Shown one piece after another: positions 1-12,027 of a stretch of DNA of 64,000 bases (position 1 is the stretch's first letter; each line of letters begins with the position of its first letter). A program made the position numbers and the translations under genes. Source of the DNA: Vicugna vicugna (Eukaryota). Location of the stretch: the NCBI GenBank assembly GCA_013265495.1, contig MU058451.1, positions 1,774,167 to 1,838,166 of the forward strand. Reading direction: 5' to 3'. The notes beneath the pieces are model-generated. The model made no database searches. It was not told where the DNA came from and saw only the letters and a program-made list of their open reading frames with translations.

Positions 1-1033
1 TACAGTTGGAAACATCGTTTTGGGTTCTGTGTTTACCTGTCTCTGTTAAGTTATCCAACAAATGCCAAAGTATTGAACTTTCCTACCCTGCTGCCCTTTG
101 AGGCATACATCTAAATGGGATTCTGAAGATCAGAGGACAGTCTCTGCTGTTTATCAGACATTCTGTGAGAAAAAGTCCTCCAAAGCTCCAGGTTGCCACC
201 AGTGGGTACTTTGAAAACATCCAAATGCCTTTCTCATTGCAGAGCAGCCCAAAGGAAGAAATGTCCTTATTGCTTCCTTGCAGCTCTTACTTCCTCTCTC
301 TGTCTGAGGAGGCTCACCTTGCCCCGCTCCCCTTTCTACATCACTCCTTCTCGGCTCCTTCACCTGGCTCAGCCCTTCCACAGGAACACAAAAGAAACCC
401 TGTCCTCCTGCCCACACCACATACAGCCCTGCCGGTCCCCTCCGGAGTCTTCCTCATCACTGGCTATATTGGTGACACTATCAAACCATTGATTTTTCCA
501 TGTAATTTCCTTGCCTCCAGTTGGATTTCACATTTGTCTTTGTCTGGCTGTAAGTCTTTTCACAAGGTGATATCTACCAGATTTCAATGAAATTGAATGT
601 AGCAGAGTCCAGATTAGAGAAGGTAGAGAAACCTAAAACATCCAGGCTTCATTTTGCCTTTATAAACAGGTGTTTGTTTTCCTTTATCCTCCAGCATCAG
701 AGTCTGAGAGTAGGCAGACTTTTTTCTTCTCAACTCTTTAAAACCAGTATCTAAATAGTCCTTTTTCTCTTTGTTTGAGAGAATCTGATTCCTCACCACC
801 CCCCATGCCCTCTCCTAACGCATGAGCTCTGCGTGCACAGATCAAGGTGGTTTTTCCTCCCACTTCCTCACAATAGTTGTCCCTCTCCCTAGAGCCTTCT
901 GTTTGGAGGAGAAATTTAACTCTGGGGGAAGAGATGGTGGCTTATTGATACCTGATACAGTAACAGATGCTTTTCTTGAAGCTACATTAGATTCTGTTTT
1001 CAAAGTCCTCTGTGAGGTCTAGCTAGAACGTCC

Positions 1034-1041
1034 TGACGTCA
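1034..1041. promoter_or_regulatory. Full palindromic CRE motif (TGACGTCA)
   Basis: Exact 8-bp CREB/ATF consensus retaining its CpG in CpG-poor DNA; motif only, function untested. Confidence 0.25.
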
Positions 1042-1431
1042 TCTGTGTTCTTGCAACACTTAACCCTGTCTCTTATTCTGAGCCAGTTCTTTTCTAACAA
1101 TATCGCTTCCTTCACAACCTGAAAAAGAATCAACCTTGTTCCCTGAAGTCCAAAGTCATGAAGTAGAAGCCACATTTTCTCATCCTTTCAGTAATTAGGA
1201 TGACCTTTGTGTAACAGCAGGAAGGAAAGAATTTATACTGGGTGCCCGCTGTGTGTCAGACCCTGAACTTGGGGGTTTTTCATGTTGACCATTTACAACA
1301 GGCTTCCAACAGAATGGATACAAATCCCAACATGCCACTTAGCGAGGGATGACAGACAGGAATTTGATATTTCTGGGTCTCAGCCCTCTAAACTGTGTAA
1401 TGGATTGTCTTCTCCCAGCACTGGTATGAAG

Positions 1432-1634
1432 TAGTGCTACGTAAACCATGGCCCATGGGCCAAATCCTGGCTGCTGTCAAGCTTTACTGGAACCCAACTA
1501 CGCCATTTCTTCATGTGCTGTCTGGCTACCTTCACACCAGAAAGAGTTGAGTAGCTGTGACAGTGACCTTCTGGCCTATAAAGCTGAAAATATTTACTAT
1601 CTGGCTCTTTACAGAAAAAGGTTGCTGACCTCTG
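1432..1634. mobile_element. MER58A-like hAT-Charlie non-autonomous DNA transposon
   Basis: Begins ...aaaccatggcccatgggccaaatcc and ends aaaatatttactatctggctctttacagaaaaaggttgctgacctctg, matching recalled MER58A ends. Confidence 0.85.
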
Positions 1635-1660
1635 ATTGGGTCACTTCTGAACTCGAAACC

Positions 1661-2200
1661 TCAGTGATTTCCCATGCTTGCAGCCGAGTTCAGACTCCTG
1701 CATTGGCATTTAAGACTCATCACAACCCACCTGTCCAGCCACATGCCTTCCCACTCCTCATCCATTATGCTCCAGTTATTCCAGACTGTCCACCATTCCT
1801 GAAGACCAGGCTGTTTACTTCACTCAACAAGCAGTGCTCTCATGGGCTCCATCCATCCAGAGGGGATGTCTTTTTTTCTCATTTGCGTGTGGTGCCTTGT
1901 AAACTGGCTGCAACCACAGCTGCACACACCTGGCACGTTCACGTGGACACCACTGCTCTCCTGACCTGGATCGCCCTTTGTCCCTCGTCTGTCCTTCCTT
2001 GTGTCTCAGCTCAGATGACCCCTTTCTGTGAGATCCACCTGACTCCTCTCTTCCTGGTTTCCCCTAGCTCTTTCTTCATACCTGTAATCTCTCTGTGCCA
2101 CGTCACCTCCCCAGCTAGGTTGTCACACTTGAGGGATCAGACTACAAACCTTCGTCTTCAATTCCTGACACCTAGTTCCTGGCCACTCAGCACCTACCAC
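1661..2200 (+). mobile_element. L2 LINE 3' region fragment, decayed
   Basis: CT-rich tcagtgatttcccatgc...cagactcctgcattggcatttaag... resembles the L2 3' part, ending in a cctagttcctggc-type terminus. Confidence 0.6.
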
Positions 2201-3942
2201 CAAATGGCACGGCGGGGCAGACATGACAGTAAAACCAGATGTTTCATAATGTGTCTATTTCTCTGTGAAGATGAAACAACATAGAGGTTGAGTATCTCAG
2301 CCCAGTGATTAGACCTGAATGATGCGAAGTTTGTTTTAGGCAGTTCAAGGAAGCTGAATGTCTTACTCGTTTTAAATGGCTTTATGTTTTTGAAATCGGC
2401 TGAGAGCCATAGATGTGGGTTTTCCATTTTCACATTGTATAAATGCTACATCCAGAATAGCGTGTAGGCTGCTCTGTATGCCACCGAGTTTATGCAGAGA
2501 AAGGCATCAGGTGCTGCTGAAAGGCAAGCTTTCAGAGGCTTTGCTTTGCTGAGATTGCTCATTTCATCTGAACTGCCAGTTTTGGGAACTCTTGTAGTAG
2601 GTAAAATGTTCCCTTTGTCTGAACCAGGAAAGGAGGGCGTGAGCCAGCCCCCAGGGGACAGGCAGTCCTTCCGTGCCCTCCAGAGCCTGGATAGAGCCTT
2701 TCTTTACATTCAGTTATCCACCCTTTAGAGGATCTTGGTCCCAAGCTGTGTTATCCTATTACTCAGGAGAGCCACAAACGTGGAGAGTTCCAAGACTTGA
2801 GTTAAGACGTATCTCCAATATGATGTCTTTTTGTAGAAATATGATAAGAGTCTGAAAAAATAAATTTTTAAAGGCATAATGTAAAAAAGGGAGATCAGGC
2901 GTCTTCGTTTTTACTGCAAAAGCCGTAATAATCATAATGGTGTCAACTTGAGGGCGAACTTACTTTTATTGTAATCCAAAAGGATATTTTCTGGAAACTT
3001 CTATTTTGAATTTTTTGAGATAGAAATTAAGCATTCTTTTTGTCTCAAAATTGCTTGCTGTCAGCATGCCACTCAGTCTTCAGGTATGTTCAGTTATTAT
3101 TCTGATATTTCACTGTTCTGATGGGATTTTCGTATTTAATTTTTTAGAAAGAGCCTTTTTAATGCCCTCGTCTCTTAGGAAGTATTTTTGACATGCTTCA
3201 GTTTAATAATTCATAAAATTATAGTTTGAAGGGCTACTTTGTATATAAGAAATCTTTAAGCCTTATATATGTCTTCTCAGAATTTTAATGAGATAGCTGC
3301 TAAGAGTAAAATAGTTTTCATTTGTTAAAGCCTTTGACCTTATCACAGCTTGGTTTTTAAGAGTTTTTAATAGCGTTGTATTCTAATTTAATTCTTTCAA
3401 TTCTACTGCAAATGGAAACTGTCAAGTTAAAGTATGTTTTCAGTTCTGCTGTTAATTACTTGTGCATTGACCAGAGGAAAAGGCATCTTTGAAGAGATCA
3501 CAAGATTTTATGGGAGACAAGCTTGATAGATATAAAATGATCGGAGAATGTTCTTTATAACCACAAATTTGAGTAAGCTTCCATTCTGTGTGACATTTGG
3601 GATTTCAGAGGCAGGATCTGATTGTGTCAATTTTTAACAGGTAGGGAAAGCTTTGTAAATGAGAGAGAATCAAATCGGAAAGATAGAAAAATACTTGGAG
3701 AAGAGGGGGAAAGCATAAACAAAGGCAAAGAAAGAGAGGGATTTAAGGTGCTCGATGCATGTACGGGACATTAGGGAAACTCTGTAGTAGCAATTAGGTT
3801 GGAAGGGTCAGGGAGGGCCAGGTACTGCTCTGGCTTGGGTGCCCAGCTGAGAGTCTGTGCTCGCACAGAAGGTCATAGATGGGTGATGTTTGGGCCTGTA
3901 CCTGTCAGTGGCTGGTGGAAAACTGCTAGGGAGGTGGGGTGA

Positions 3943-4163
3943 CACAGTGGTGAGGAGCATAAGCCATAGGGGTAAGGTGACCTTGGGGTAGAGGACTCAC
4001 TCTGCCGCTGACCAACTTGGTGACCTTGCTAAGCCTCAGATTCCCAGCAGAGTAGTGGAGAGGATACAATGCACTTATTGTAAAGATTAAATGAACTAGT
4101 TAGCTGAATCTCTGGTGCACAAGCACACCTAGAATATATTACATATTAGTGTTATTATTATTA
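3943..4163 (+). mobile_element. MIR SINE
   Basis: gtgaccttgctaagcctcagattccc core, ttgtaaagattaaatga and tattattatt tail. Confidence 0.7.
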
Positions 4164-5251
4164 CCAGTTTTACTCAAAAGAATTTATTTTGAACTATCAT
4201 CAAGAGGAATTTTTTCCTGTAAATATTGGGTATTCTTCTGTTGCACGTTGAGTAGTTTTATTAGACTGTGGAGACAACATCTGTGTACAGGGAACAAACT
4301 ATTTTCATCTCATTTTTAGCACCAAACCCCTTAAGAGCAACGAATTGAATTAATGTTTATTGATTTGTCCAAATTTTCATGACAGTGATACTTTAGATAA
4401 GTGGAACCTGGAATATAAATTAAAATTTAAATCTTAAAAAGGTTATTTTGGGGAAATGGATCCTATTAATGGAAATGATGAAAATAAAAAGAATGAACAG
4501 ACCATTCCAAAGTTTGATTACAGTGGAGTCTTTGTGTTTATTGCTTCTCCTGATGGTTGCCTTCGTGTTAATCACCAATATTAATATAGCTGCCTGGAAG
4601 TTGAGCTGCTAGAAATAGTTCTATTCTTATTCACAGACAGCGCCTCTGCTTTGAGAGGCGGAAGTGATCAGACTACCACTTTGTGCTTTCCGGTTGGGCT
4701 CATTGGCTCATATTTCTTATCTAAGTATCTGTTAGTAGGGTATGAAATTGACCACAGATCACTGACCTTCTAAATCCCTGTCATTATGATTCATTAACAG
4801 TAATATGTTTGATTGCAAATAATATTTGGCTCAGGAAGAATTGGATTCAAAGTAAATGTTGTCTCAGCTATAAAATTTCCACCCTGAACTTCAAAAACTC
4901 CCAAGTTTGTTGGGAGTGGTTAAAAGTGGTTTCTATCACTCATAGAAAATAAATTATTTTTAATTACTAGTTTTTCATGAAGAACCACATCTTCCAAGCT
5001 TAAGACCGAGACAGGTATTTGGCACAGCATTTGTTTCCTGATGTGTACATTTAAAATAAAACAATAAAATTATAAAAGAATCAAGATACCAGATTTTTAA
5101 ATTGAGATTAGCACTGAAGAAACCATCGTCTTGACTAAGAACATTCATTATTGGTCTCATTTCCCCTAAATTATTTAACGCATCTTACAGAGATATCTAA
5201 CACTACAGGATAATAAATGACTGAATGCACTGTAAGTACATAGGTTGATCA

Positions 5252-5388
5252 ACTAGATGGAAAGATAGACTAAATAGAAAGACAGAATAGATAAATAGAG
5301 AGATAGAATAGATAGATAATGAAGTAGATTGATAACTACATAGATAGCTAGGTGGATGTATAGATTAATAGATGGATAGATAAAAGAC
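5252..5388. repeat. Degenerate (TAGA/GATA)n simple repeat
   Basis: Many tagat/gata units: agatagaatagatagataatg...atagatggatagata. Confidence 0.8.
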
Positions 5389-5619
5389 AAAAATGGCAAA
5401 AAGGAAATATGCTTAGAAAAATAATGAGGAAATTGGGGTGATTAGCATATAAAATCTTCATGACACAAGTGCCTCTTGTAATTGGTGCAACAGGGCAACA
5501 GGCTTGGAACATTCTTAATGCTAAAGCAAATCGGAAAACACATAAAAAGAACAAAATTACATAAAATCTGCACAGGCAGGCAAGGAAGGAGGAGTGCATG
5601 GTCAGCTCTTCAGATGACC

Positions 5620-6290
5620 AAAATAAAGCAAGAAGCAATGTTAGGGAGTGACTGGGGCCTGATGCTTCCATTTTAAATAGGCTTTCCAGGGAAGGCTTCA
5701 CTGGAAATGTTATTTTTGAACAAAGTTCCACAGAACTGAAGGAGACCTGTGGATGTCGGGGGGAGAGGGTTCCCGGCTGTGGTGGGTGCATGACTGGCAG
5801 CCGTGGTCCTCACCCTGGGGTGGTTTTGTCCTTCGGGGACCCTTTGCAATGTCAGGGGGAGGTTTTGGTCTTCAGCTTTGGGAGAGGGATGCTGACCTCA
5901 TCCAGTGGGGGGAGGCCAGCAAAGCTGCTCCGTCTCCTCCAGTGCCCAGGACAGCCCACAACAAAGACCTGTCTAGTCCAAGGTGCCAGTAGTGCTCAGG
6001 TTGAAAAACCTGGTCCAGTACAAGGAGGCTACAGTGCCGTGAGCCTGGGGGAGCGTAGGAGGGGGATGGGGTGAGAGACAGAAGGGGCTTCCAGATCCTG
6101 CAGGGCCTTGTCAGCTCTTCCACTCGTCTGTGAGGGAGAATGGGGACCAGGGGAGAGTTCTGAGCAGTGATGATCTGAGCCACAGGGTCACAGGCCCACC
6201 CTAGCTCCTGTGTTGAAAACGGACTTTAGCAAGAGGAGAAGATGAAGCTGGGGACTCTTGTGATAATTCTGGAGAGGGACCGAATCACAT
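5620..6290 (-). mobile_element. L2 LINE fragment interrupted by MER20
   Basis: cagggaaggcttcactggaaatg...tttgaac and cagatcctgcagggccttgt...gagttctgagcag are antisense L2 motifs on both sides of the MER20. Confidence 0.6.
5801..6013. mobile_element. MER20 hAT-Charlie DNA transposon
   Basis: ccgtggtcctca...ggggaccctttgcaatgtc...caggacagcccacaacaaaga...ggttgaaaaacctg, colinear with recalled MER20 over ~210 bp. Confidence 0.85.
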
Positions 6291-7344
6291 GAAATGACAA
6301 AACTATACAGAATGAATGAGTATGTTATTTATTCAACAAAATAGCATCCAGAATATTGTCATCTTAAATCTGCGATTTATTTTTTTAAACTATGGAGAAA
6401 TATTGCCGTCTTTCAAAATTTAGGTTTCAACAGTTAATAGAATATCTCAGGGGGAAAAAAAGAAACCAAGAACTAACCTCTTTCATGCCTAAACCTGTTT
6501 AAGAATGCTAATAACGAGATTTGTCCTCAGCTAGCCTTATAACTAATTAACTGGTTTGGTGCCGTCTGAAAACATGAGCATTTAGAAAAAAATAAAACCA
6601 GGCACAGATGAACCCAGATACCTTTTTGAGGGGCATCTAAGAAGGATTGTCTAAAGAAGATCAATCAGAGAAGATAGACAAAAACAGATTTTTTAAAAAA
6701 GGCAAGTCTAGACACAGGTAAATATGAGGACCTGCATGAAACCAGGGAAATCCAGAATCAAGGAGCTGCCATGGAACTTACTTGGCTTCAGTGCTTAGTC
6801 GTGGCTCAGAACTGATGTCCGTAAGGGCCTTCTCCCACCTCAGCTCCCAGGGCTAATTCGATTCAAATGGAAGACGCATTTTTCTCTTATTTTTATTATA
6901 AATAAATGTATTGTATATTTACATGTTTGAGTATGTATATTTTAAATATTTCGTTAGTTATAATAGCGGTAATGATTTATAGGAAGTGAAAAAATATTAA
7001 AATTTTGACCAGATTGAGAGACCCATAGGAGGGTCCACCTGCTGGCAATATTATAAGCCACTCCCCACCCCCTGTACAGGAATGTGGACTGTCTCTCGGG
7101 AAAGCCACAGCAAATGTCTGTGTAATCTTGATTCACAGAGCGAGTGACACATCGCTGTTCCTACTGTATGAGAAAGGCATGGTCTAATACATTAACAGTG
7201 TTTCAGATCTTGGAACACACTTTGGTGTTTGCTTTGTGGTTACTTGCTACTGACAAAAATGACCACGCAGAGCTGTTGAAGATGCAAAAGCCTTTGCCCC
7301 TTTCTCTGTGTCCAACTCTCTTGGCTCCCTTACTCTGGATTACT

Positions 7345-7600
7345 ACAGTGAGCGTGCCAGGGTGAAGACTGGCCTCCGGAGCCTCAACCTTGCAAATCAT
7401 GGCTCTGGGCCTGGAGGAAAGGCTGGTCCTTCAGGCACGGAACCACTTAGTGCCTTGTGCTTCTCATCTGGAACGTGGGTGGTCGCCGTCCTGGCTCACA
7501 GGTCCTGCTGAGGACTGAATGGCTTAATGCATGCCACGTGGCTTTGCAGAATACCTGGCTAACAGGAAGCACTGAATGAGGGGCTTTGTTGTTATTATTA
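7345..7600 (+). mobile_element. MIR SINE (unusually GC-rich copy)
   Basis: cttctcatctggaacgtggg core, tgaggactgaatg, cagaatacctggctaacaggaagcactgaatg, tgttgttattatta tail. Confidence 0.7.
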
Positions 7601-7889
7601 GTTTCAGTCCCTGGCCAAGTGGCAGAGTGTACGCGAAAGATGTGATCAAGCTCTGTGAGCAACTCTCAGGGAACAGGAAGAAAAGTTGCAAGTAATTCCC
7701 TTGGAATTGTTTACATTTAAATCAGTAAAGTTTTCCTGTAAGAAATCACCATGCATTTAGTCATCTGCTTCTTAATTGAATCTTTTGTGGCTATGTGTTC
7801 CTATTCCCAATTAGATCTTAAATAGACTGAATGTCCTGCTCCATATTTCCTTCTCTCTCTAATACTCAAATTAGTATTACAGTGTGGTG

Positions 7890-8099
7890 ACTATATATAA
7901 AACAAACAACAAGGACCTACTGTACAGCACAGGGAACTATATTCAATCTCTTATAATAATCTATAATGGAAAAGAATGCCTCTGAAAAAGAATATATATA
8001 TGTATATGTAGAATTGAATCACTTTGCTGTAATCCAGAAACTAACACAGCATTATAAATCAACTATACTTCAATAACAAAAAGTACACGCACAAAAAGA
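7890..8099 (+). mobile_element. 5'-truncated L1 (cetartiodactyl-type 3' UTR) with TSD
   Basis: acaaggacctactgtacagcacagggaactatattcaa...aactatacttcaataa; flanked by tattacagtgtggtg (7875-7889) and tattccagtgtgatg (8100-8114), 13/15 identical. Confidence 0.9.
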
Positions 8100-9679
8100 T
8101 ATTCCAGTGTGATGCAAAGCATTAAGCATATGATCAGCAAATACTTAGTTTTTGAATGTTTTCTTAAAAAACAAATTATATCGATGGTGAAAAAAAGGGA
8201 AAAAATTAAGATTTTTCTACATAAACAATTATGATAGAATATGATTTCTTGTAACAGGCATCTGCTGGGTTTTTCTGAGCAGGTTTGGAAAATACCTTAT
8301 TTCAGCCAAATAATGGCCGTGGACATTTGTTTGAATTTGTCATTTGATATTTTTCAAATCTTTATTTTCAAGAAAGAAAGAAAACTGACAGTTTGAAAAG
8401 GCAATAGTCTGAAACATTTAAAAGGGTATGACATTTCTATCAGATCTCTTCCAAAAATTAATTGCTCTCTCAATCTGAGTAGACTTTTATATTAACCCAT
8501 CAGCATTCCTGAAAAGTGTTTCATACCGATGTTTCTCCATGTGGAGCAGAAGAAATGTCCACACTACCAGATGCCTCAGGCTTAGCGGAACTCTTACATT
8601 TCTGTCCCCTACCTCCTTACTGCAGAACAGAAAAACTTCTACAAAATTGACTGCTTGGAAATACATCAGGCTAGTTACCAATGCAGAACCCATTACTGCA
8701 GTCTGTTCTACTTTGAAAGACTATGTCTGAGGAATGACAATGGTAGCTTCCATTTGTAGGTGCTTCTTTATTGCTGAGATTAAAGATGGAGTTCCAGGTG
8801 GTACTTATATTGGAATTTCTTTTTATACATAAGCTCTAAGGTAATTCAACTAGTTCCTCAAAAAGATAATAAAATGTATCAATTGATATCATTTTTGAAA
8901 CAAATGTGTTGAGCATTCTGTAATTTCTGCACTTATTTAAAGAAAAATTTTCGTAGAAAAGAACGCAGGACCATGATGACATGATGATGCAGAAGGATAC
9001 AGTACGTGGGAGAGAGACAAGCGTTAATTGTCCACCATGATACTTTCCACGTTATCTGATTTCAGCCACACAGCCCAAAGCTCTTTTACTTACTTTTGAG
9101 GATGAAAAACTAAAGCTGAGAGAGATTAAGAAACAACCAGAAAATCCAGAGCATTTTCAAACTTCCAATCCTGGTTTGAGTGACTCCATCACTGGCGCTG
9201 TTAAGACAGTGTAAATAATCCTTGAATAAAGAAGGAAAACTGAAGTCAACAATCCAACCACATCACATTTATGAAAAGCTTCCTGAATTAGTAGGACTGG
9301 GGTCATTTCCAGCAGTCGTTAATTTAACTTTCTAGGCATCAGGAAGTCCCCCCTCACCTCTATACTCTCAAATTACCAATTTCCCTCCATCCCTGAGGTT
9401 TGCATTCCTGTGTTCTTTATTCAAAAATGACCTATAGAAACCAAAGATAAAATCCTAAATTTTCTATTTGATGAAGTACTACAGTGCCTGGCTGTCAGGG
9501 AAGAAACAGTTCTCTTTTTTTCTGGAATTTGCTATGTACAGACTGGACAGTGAAGAAATAACAAATCTTGACTCTAACCTTGAGAACAGCTCTCGGCCCA
9601 GGTTTACCACCAAGCTTACGAGATCCGCATCGTGTTTCACACTGAGTGCCAATCCGTGTGTGTCAGCCTGTCAGCCTGC

Positions 9680-9795
9680 CTGCCTCAACAGACTGAGAGC
9701 TTTTTGAAGACAGGGATTATATCTTTTAGTTCATTATTTCCAGCTCCTACTTCAGTGACAAGAACATGGGAGGTTCTCTTTAAATGGCAGCTCAG
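9680..9795 (+). mobile_element. L2 3' terminus fragment
   Basis: agactgagagctttttgaagacagggattatatctttt...ttcatt typical of the L2 3' end. Confidence 0.55.
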
Positions 9796-9802
9796 GGAAA
9801 CA

Positions 9803-9865
9803 AAGGAAGAAAGAGAGGGAGGGAGAGGGGGAGAGATAGAGGAAGGAAGGAAGGAAGGGAGAAAA
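9803..9865. repeat. Polypurine (GGAA/GGGA)n tract
   Basis: aaggaagaaagagagggagggagaggggga...ggaaggaaggaaggaaggg. Confidence 0.8.
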
Positions 9866-10420
9866 AAATGAATTTGTTACATCTAAATATGATTTTGTAG
9901 CAGTTAGCATAAATCCTGAAAATGTAAACTCCAAAGCAGGGTGAAACTTTAAGTCACTATTTGTATTTGGTAAGATTGTTACAACCCCTTGATTACACTG
10001 GGAAAATAGGGCTAAATATTACTTTGCATTGAGCATCCGTTTATGAGCTAGAGCCAGAGTTAACTTTATTAACATGATTCATTTAAAGCCAGGAAGAGGA
10101 TGGATTCAAACATCCATTTGCATTCAAGACAACAGTTAATGTTATGCTCCACGCACACTGTTTTTGTTGAGTACGTTTACTGAAAAGCTATTTTCTTGGT
10201 TGTTGGATTAGAACAGAACTGGCGCCATGAAACATGGACACATCTTTCAAACCTGAAAGTTCTGTCTTACTCGTAAATGTTCTTAACGACACACTTTAGA
10301 GTTCATGATTTTAAATTTCTAAGTTTTCTTCCACTCTGAGGTTTCCAGACTCTCTGGGATTCTTCACCTTAAAAGAGATTCTTGAATATCATTCATGTTT
10401 TAACTTGCACTCTGGGACTG

Positions 10421-10680
10421 ATGATAACAGCCCAGACTTAGTGAATACTTAACTCCACCCTAGGCACTGTCCTGAGCACTTAATGGATCAAGTCACTTCA
10501 TCTTCACAGTAAGCCTAAGAGATTGCTGTATTTTTAGATCATTTTACTAGGTGAGGGAATAGAGGCACAGACACATTAGGAAACATGCTCCAAGTCACAT
10601 AGCTGGTAGGGGACCAAGCTGAGTTTTGAACTCATAGTCTGATCCTAGGTTCTGTGGACTGACTTGCTGTGCACACTGCT
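10421..10680 (-). mobile_element. MIR SINE, near full length
   Basis: taggcactgtcctgagcactt...cattttactaggtgagggaatagaggcacaga...ccaagtcacatagctggtag. Confidence 0.8.
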
Positions 10681-11000
10681 CTACTCAGGGGCAGTGGGGA
10701 AAAATGAAGAGGGCATAGCAACAAGGAGAGGATACTCAGTGCTGGAAAGGTGGGTAGGTAAGCTGAGCAGTCAACCAGGGCCAGCACCCACGGTTTCTTA
10801 TTTCTGGGCTGCGACAGGATTAGGAGTCGGTCCCCTGAAGGTATGAGTTTAGATTGCTGCTTCCTTAGACTATATGGCATGGATGATGGCAAATAAATCA
10901 CTTAGTTTGATTCACTTAGAAGATTTCTTTGTAATTTTGGTCCATGTGAGTGTCTGCTGTCTGCTTTGAGTCAGAATGTGTGTGTGATATGATAAATCAC

Positions 11001-11250
11001 AGGGATGTGACTGATGACAGCATGTGGACTGTGGTTAATCATCCTGTATTGAATATTTGGAAAGTTGCTAAGAGAATAGGTCTTCAAAGTTTTCATCACA
11101 AGAAAAAAATTGTAACAACATATGGTGATGGATGTTAAGACTCGTCTTATTGTGGTGATCATTTCACAATATATACAAATATCACATCATTATATTGTAC
11201 ACCTGAAGCCAGTATAATGTTATATCTCAAATACATCAAAATAAAAAAAG
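11001..11250 (+). mobile_element. L1MA-type (L1MA9/10-like) 3' end
   Basis: gaaagttgctaagaga...tattgtggtgatcatttcacaatatatacaaatatc...tgtacacctgaa plus A-rich tail. Confidence 0.85.
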
Positions 11251-11334
11251 TTTGTGGTGTGGAGAAACTTCTAAAATATGTATACTTAGCTTCTCAATGT
11301 ACTGCTTTCCTTTTAGTTTAATATTTGTTGGTAG

Positions 11335-12027
11335 AAGTAGTTCTCAGTGGTGTTGACACGTCTTCCTACGGAGATAATGTGTGTGTGTACAGGGGGAGGC
11401 TGTCTCAGTGACTGTGGCACAGTTGAGAATTAGTAGGTAGGGGCCAGGCACACAGCCATGTGGTGTAGGCAGGAATGGATAGAACTGGAAAACATGTCTA
11501 ATTACCTGAACCTAGGACCTGGTCTAATTACTTGAAGCTAGAACCTAACTGTTGACACATTTTTGATCCCAGTTTTAATAAATGTTGAATTTTTCAGGAG
11601 CACAACTGAAGTATAAATCTAAAGATGATTGTGGTTTCTTTTGCTCTGAATTTTACGGGAGATGTTCACCATTTCTGCAGATCTCATCATTGGTAGCAAC
11701 ACTGCTCATGGTACTTGAGTCACTAATAACACACACTTCCAGATACCGCATTCGTGGTGATTATACAACTAAATGCAGGCATGTGACTCTTTGATTCTAG
11801 TTGTCCAGCCTGAGTGTTTACATTATGGAAACACAGATGATTTTATTATAAATTAGTTTCCTTATATCTTTTATATTACAGTTTTGTTCTTATGATGATA
11901 TTTTAAAAGAATGTCTGTGTAGGTAAGTTAAATTTTTCATGAATTCCATTTCAATGTAGTAAACGAGGCCACACAAAATGATATTTCTCAAAGGAGATGT
12001 TGTGAGTGATAGAGTTGAGAATCCCTG
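11335..12027. mobile_element. MER20B-like hAT-Charlie element
   Basis: Termini aagtagttctca / gttgagaatccctg; internal ctagaacctaac, tgaatttttcagga, tgttcaccatttc and ttttattataaatt match recalled MER20B; contains a ~25-bp tandem duplication at 11496-11547. Confidence 0.75.

Noticed and set aside
165..590. 141-aa plus-strand ORF
   Set aside because: Non-ATG start, low-complexity S/P/L-rich product from a pyrimidine-rich strand, no splice or homology support
614..1160. Minus-strand frames with K/E-rich peptides and an MTLDFR motif faintly like CR1/L3 ORF2
   Set aside because: Similarity does not extend beyond a few residues; frames are interrupted by stops
6046..6073. Possible G-quadruplex
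   Set aside because: Only three G-runs of 3 or more plus a GG; lies in decayed L2
8973..9059. C/D-box snoRNA-like arrangement (ATGATGA...CTGA, ~85 nt)
   Set aside because: No convincing terminal stem or D' box, and no rRNA/snRNA-complementary guide that I can recognise
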